Assembly (NCBI RefSeq): GCF_000527095.1
Contig: NZ_AZUN01000001.1
Location: 632,936-664,935, forward strand
Direction of reading: 5' to 3'
Length of the DNA: 32,000 nucleotides
Origin: Methylomicrobium lacus LW14
GTDB lineage: Bacteria > Pseudomonadota > Gammaproteobacteria > Methylococcales > Methylomonadaceae
The notes below the pieces were generated by a model. The model was not told where the DNA came from. It did not search any database and saw nothing but the letters and a program-made list of their open reading frames with translations. Both the position numbers and the translations under genes were made by a program. Positions 29,455 to 32,000 of this stretch are shown here, piece by piece. Position 1 is the stretch's first letter. Each line of letters starts with the position of its first letter.

Positions 29455-29503
29455 AAATCCTTAATTCAGGCTAAATGAGTCTAATAGAGGCGAATGCTAT
29501 AAT
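29455..29503 (+). promoter_or_regulatory. Conserved island motif copy 2 (24-bp box plus TGCTATAAT), 45 nt upstream of the cassette 2 start codon
   Basis: The 24-mer is an exact match to 26704-26727, with the same spacing to TGCTATAAT (29495-29503). A degenerate extra half-copy, AATCCCAGAATTCAGGC, lies at 29406-29422. Confidence 0.6.
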
Positions 29504-29547
29504 TTTAGCTAGGTCCTTATCCCTTTACTCACTGGTGGTGGTTCGCA

Positions 29548-30108
29548 ATGAATTTGGTACAGCAGTTCGAAATGCTCGGAAGGAAACAATTAGCAATCCA
29601 GGAAGGAATCGATCTATTGCGGCAGATCCAAATCGATCTTTCTCGTGCGCGAGCAGCAGCCGATGCCTGGGGTGTCGCGGCCGTGATGTCCAATGTCACA
29701 TTGATTCCCCTCAACATCATTGTCAATGCGTTCGAACTGAAAGCTGCGAACACAGCCTATCAGGTTCTAGTGCGGCAGCTATATGGGAAGTTTGGAAAAA
29801 GCGGAACCCGATTAGATGGACAGGCAAAGACAGCCTTGTCTTTGCTTAAGCAAGCCATCACGGAGGAGCTGAAGCGTAAGGCCATGACTGAATTCGTTCC
29901 AGGCGTGAACATCCTCATTGGCCTAGCGGAGGACTCCATGGCTGCCTGGCAAGCCATTCAGCTAGTTGACTCCGGAAGCCGAGAGATATCGATACGCGCT
30001 AATGATCTTGAGAGAAAGATCGTCATTGCAAATCAGCAACTTATGCAGCTTGGCATCAAGAGAGCAGACATACTTGGTCGTATGCAAGTTTATGGGCGTA
30101 CTGCGTAA
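29548..30108 (+). CDS. Hypothetical helical protein (cassette 2, gene A)
   Basis: 186 aa. It has a predicted coiled-coil N-terminus, two hydrophobic or amphipathic stretches (WGVAAVMSNVTLIPLNIIVNAF and FVPGVNILIGLAEDSMAAW) and a C-terminal coiled coil. No family recognised. Confidence 0.65.
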   Translation: MNLVQQFEMLGRKQLAIQEGIDLLRQIQIDLSRARAAADAWGVAAVMSNVTLIPLNIIVNAFELKAANTAYQVLVRQLYGKFGKSGTRLDGQAKTALSLLKQAITEELKRKAMTEFVPGVNILIGLAEDSMAAWQAIQLVDSGSREISIRANDLERKIVIANQQLMQLGIKRADILGRMQVYGRTA

Positions 30109-30207
30109 GCATGGCTTAAGAGGACGTTCCGGCCGACCGTCATGGTGGCGCCTGACTCCAGAATTGGGCGCCACTTAATCGTCATCGTTGTGAAGTTGGA
30201 GCTTAGT

Positions 30208-30654
30208 ATGCCAATCATTACCGGACAAACCGCATGTCAAATTTCTGCTACCGGACTCGGTGCTGTAGTCGGAGCGATTAGTACGGGAGGTAATGCGCTC
30301 GCGATTCTAGTGACGGGCGGAGCAGGTTACCTACTTGGCCGAGTAGTTTGCCGAATACCTGCGATTGAAAGAGCATTCGATAGGGCAGTCGGTGCGGGCG
30401 ATTGGAGACAGTTCGAGCAAGTGCTGGCCGATCCAAAGGTCCGAGAGCAAGCCGTAGCAGCCATTTCGGATGAAACGAGTGTCTCGCAGCAACAAGGAGA
30501 GCAGATTTGGGATGCCATTGTTTTGCGTCTTGTGTCCGACCGAAATGCGCTGGTCGGTTCAGGTGAATTCCACGCTGCACGTCATCATCCTCCAACAGGA
30601 AGTATTAAGCACGGAATCTCCGCCATCACGCTGGTTGTAAGTGGTCAGTCTTGA
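30208..30654 (+). CDS. Hypothetical glycine-zipper membrane protein (cassette 2, gene B)
   Basis: I prefer the ATG at 30208, which has GGAG 7 nt upstream, giving 148 aa. The N-terminal Gly-rich hairpin is TGLGAVVGAISTGGNALAILVTGGAGYLLG, followed by a ~100 aa soluble tail. It shares the GxGAV...GYLxG pattern with the 27163 product. Confidence 0.62.
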   Translation: MPIITGQTACQISATGLGAVVGAISTGGNALAILVTGGAGYLLGRVVCRIPAIERAFDRAVGAGDWRQFEQVLADPKVREQAVAAISDETSVSQQQGEQIWDAIVLRLVSDRNALVGSGEFHAARHHPPTGSIKHGISAITLVVSGQS

Positions 30655-30725
30655 GGCTCGCAAACGATGACTAGCCATTCCATGCTGACTCCTAACGTCA
30701 AATATTAGCCCCAAAAAGAGCGGCC

Positions 30726-31236
30726 ATGCCATTGCAACAGCCTACAAAAGAGCTTTTACGCTTCTTACAGAAAAATCCGCATATTCGAGCGAGGATCGCT
30801 GCACCGGCAAACGGCACACTGCTCTATGCCGGTTCTTTCTTCAAACCAACTGGAGGAGCTAAAACGCACTTCTCCTGAAGTTTTAACAAAACAGCTCTTG
30901 CCGGAGGTGCTCGCAAGGATTACTACACCTGGTTAACCATACCCCACACTGCTTGCTTGGGCGAAGTCGATCGACAACCTTTTTCCATGGAAAGAGAATG
31001 GCTTCATTGCATGGCGTGCGTTGTCAGGTATCTATGCGTCTAAAGCTATTGGATCTGTATCGTTCTATATCGGCTCTGGGGTTAGCAAGTCCAACAAGGT
31101 GTTTGCGGCAACTGAGATTCCGGTCTTGTTAAGAAATCCCCATGTTGACCCTGTCACAAAGGACATTCTTAGTTATTACCAGCGTTGTATTCAGTCCGGT
31201 CAGACTGCTATCAACTTCGGCTTTATAGGGGGCTAA
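30726..31236 (+). pseudogene. Degraded ADP-ribosyl cyclase/CD38-like (NAD glycohydrolase) homolog
   Basis: The reading frame is broken by a frameshift (between about 30830 and 30876) and an in-frame TAA at 30934-30936. The joined translation has NGTLLYAGS ... AWRALSGIYASKAIGSVSFYIGSG ... [11 protein letters not shown]. This matches, at the same spacing, the cyclase motifs FW..S..[FY]A..A..V....GS and F...E[LIV]P.L as I recall them from Aplysia cyclase and CD38. Confidence 0.45.
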
Positions 31237-32000
31237 CTTGCCGTTGGTTTTCTTTACTTTGATGCGTCGGGAATCATCCCAGGCATTTCAGGCTTCTGGC
31301 TAGGGCTGCTTCTCATTGGTATTAGGTAAATCAGTGACTTGTGCTATCCAAGAAAGCCAAACTAACCTAGCAAAGAAAGGGCTGGCCGTTTCTGGAACTG
31401 TTGCAACGGCATCGGGTTCTCATGGATAGAACTATTGAGTTTCGCTGCTGGGCAAACGCTGAAGTCGTCGAGCTATTGAAGGTGGCTGGCACGGCGCCAA
31501 CATGGCTTCAATGTACGTCGCTTTGACCATGGCAGAGAAAGTCGTTTCGGCAGCAGGACTTGCTGATGGCAATCGCTGTAGCTGCCAATGCTCCACCCCA
31601 TGTAATTGCGCCAACACAGCACTCCAGTAAGTAGTTGCAATAAAGCATCTCACCCTCATAGTGAACAACATTCCGATGCAGTGTGATCTTGTCGGCCAGG
31701 TTGCGGGCGAAAACGCCATGCCGGGTGAAACCACGATCCTTCTGCTCCTGCGTCTATTGGAAATCCATCTGATGACGCAGACTCAGAGCATTCTTAACCG
31801 CCGATAGCATAAGATGGCTTCGCAGCAACTGAACCATGCCGCTGCCTGAACAAAATCAGGTGCTGTGAAAATTCTTTATGGGATATGGTATGAAAAAGTA
31901 ACTCACAAGTGTTGGCTAATTCAGGCTTCGCTTAATTAATAGTTAACATGAAAATTATAAACTAATCACATTTTTATGTCCTAGGGAATTACTATGTTTT

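Noticed and set aside
31432-31734. A 100-aa minus-strand ORF, and an alternative minus-strand frame reading ...RGFTRHGVFARNLADKITLHRNVVHYEGE...
   Set aside because: The listed ORF has no protein-like features. The alternative frame has no start codon and an upstream stop, and I cannot match it to a family. It is probably degraded DNA.

Overview
The window reads as a Gammaproteobacteria-like chromosome in three blocks. I cannot name the organism from sequence alone.

(1) 1-12.0 kb is a complete type I-F1 CRISPR-Cas locus: cas1, cas2-3, csy1/cas8f, csy2/cas5f, csy3/cas7f and cas6f. An AT-rich leader and a + strand array of 62 repeats and 61 spacers follow. The array holds an internal block duplication and a 7-repeat variant block near the trailer. 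A single type I-E-like repeat and a RelE-like toxin (frameshifted) with an HTH antitoxin lie just downstream. Composition changes sharply inside cas2-3.

(2) 13.1-26.2 kb is GC-rich housekeeping: sufT-like, yciK-like SDR, gph, ubiG, mtaD, mtnA, cysZ, an H-NS-like gene, a DUF2914 gene and sucA-sucB-lpd. The operon-encoded Lpd has lost the first cysteine of its redox-active CxxxxC pair.

(3) 26.45-32.0 kb is an AT-rich accessory island and the best candidate for an undescribed system. It holds two small two-gene cassettes. Each contains a glycine-zipper membrane protein with a related hairpin, paired with an unrelated partner I could not assign to a family. A conserved 24-bp motif plus an extended -10 box, at identical spacing, lies upstream of each cassette (about 45 bp from the cassette-2 gene, about 410 bp from the cassette-1 gene). 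An IS630-family element separates the cassettes. A degraded ADP-ribosyl-cyclase/CD38-like NADase gene follows them.

Functional calls for island genes are hypotheses from motif reading only. No database searches were run.
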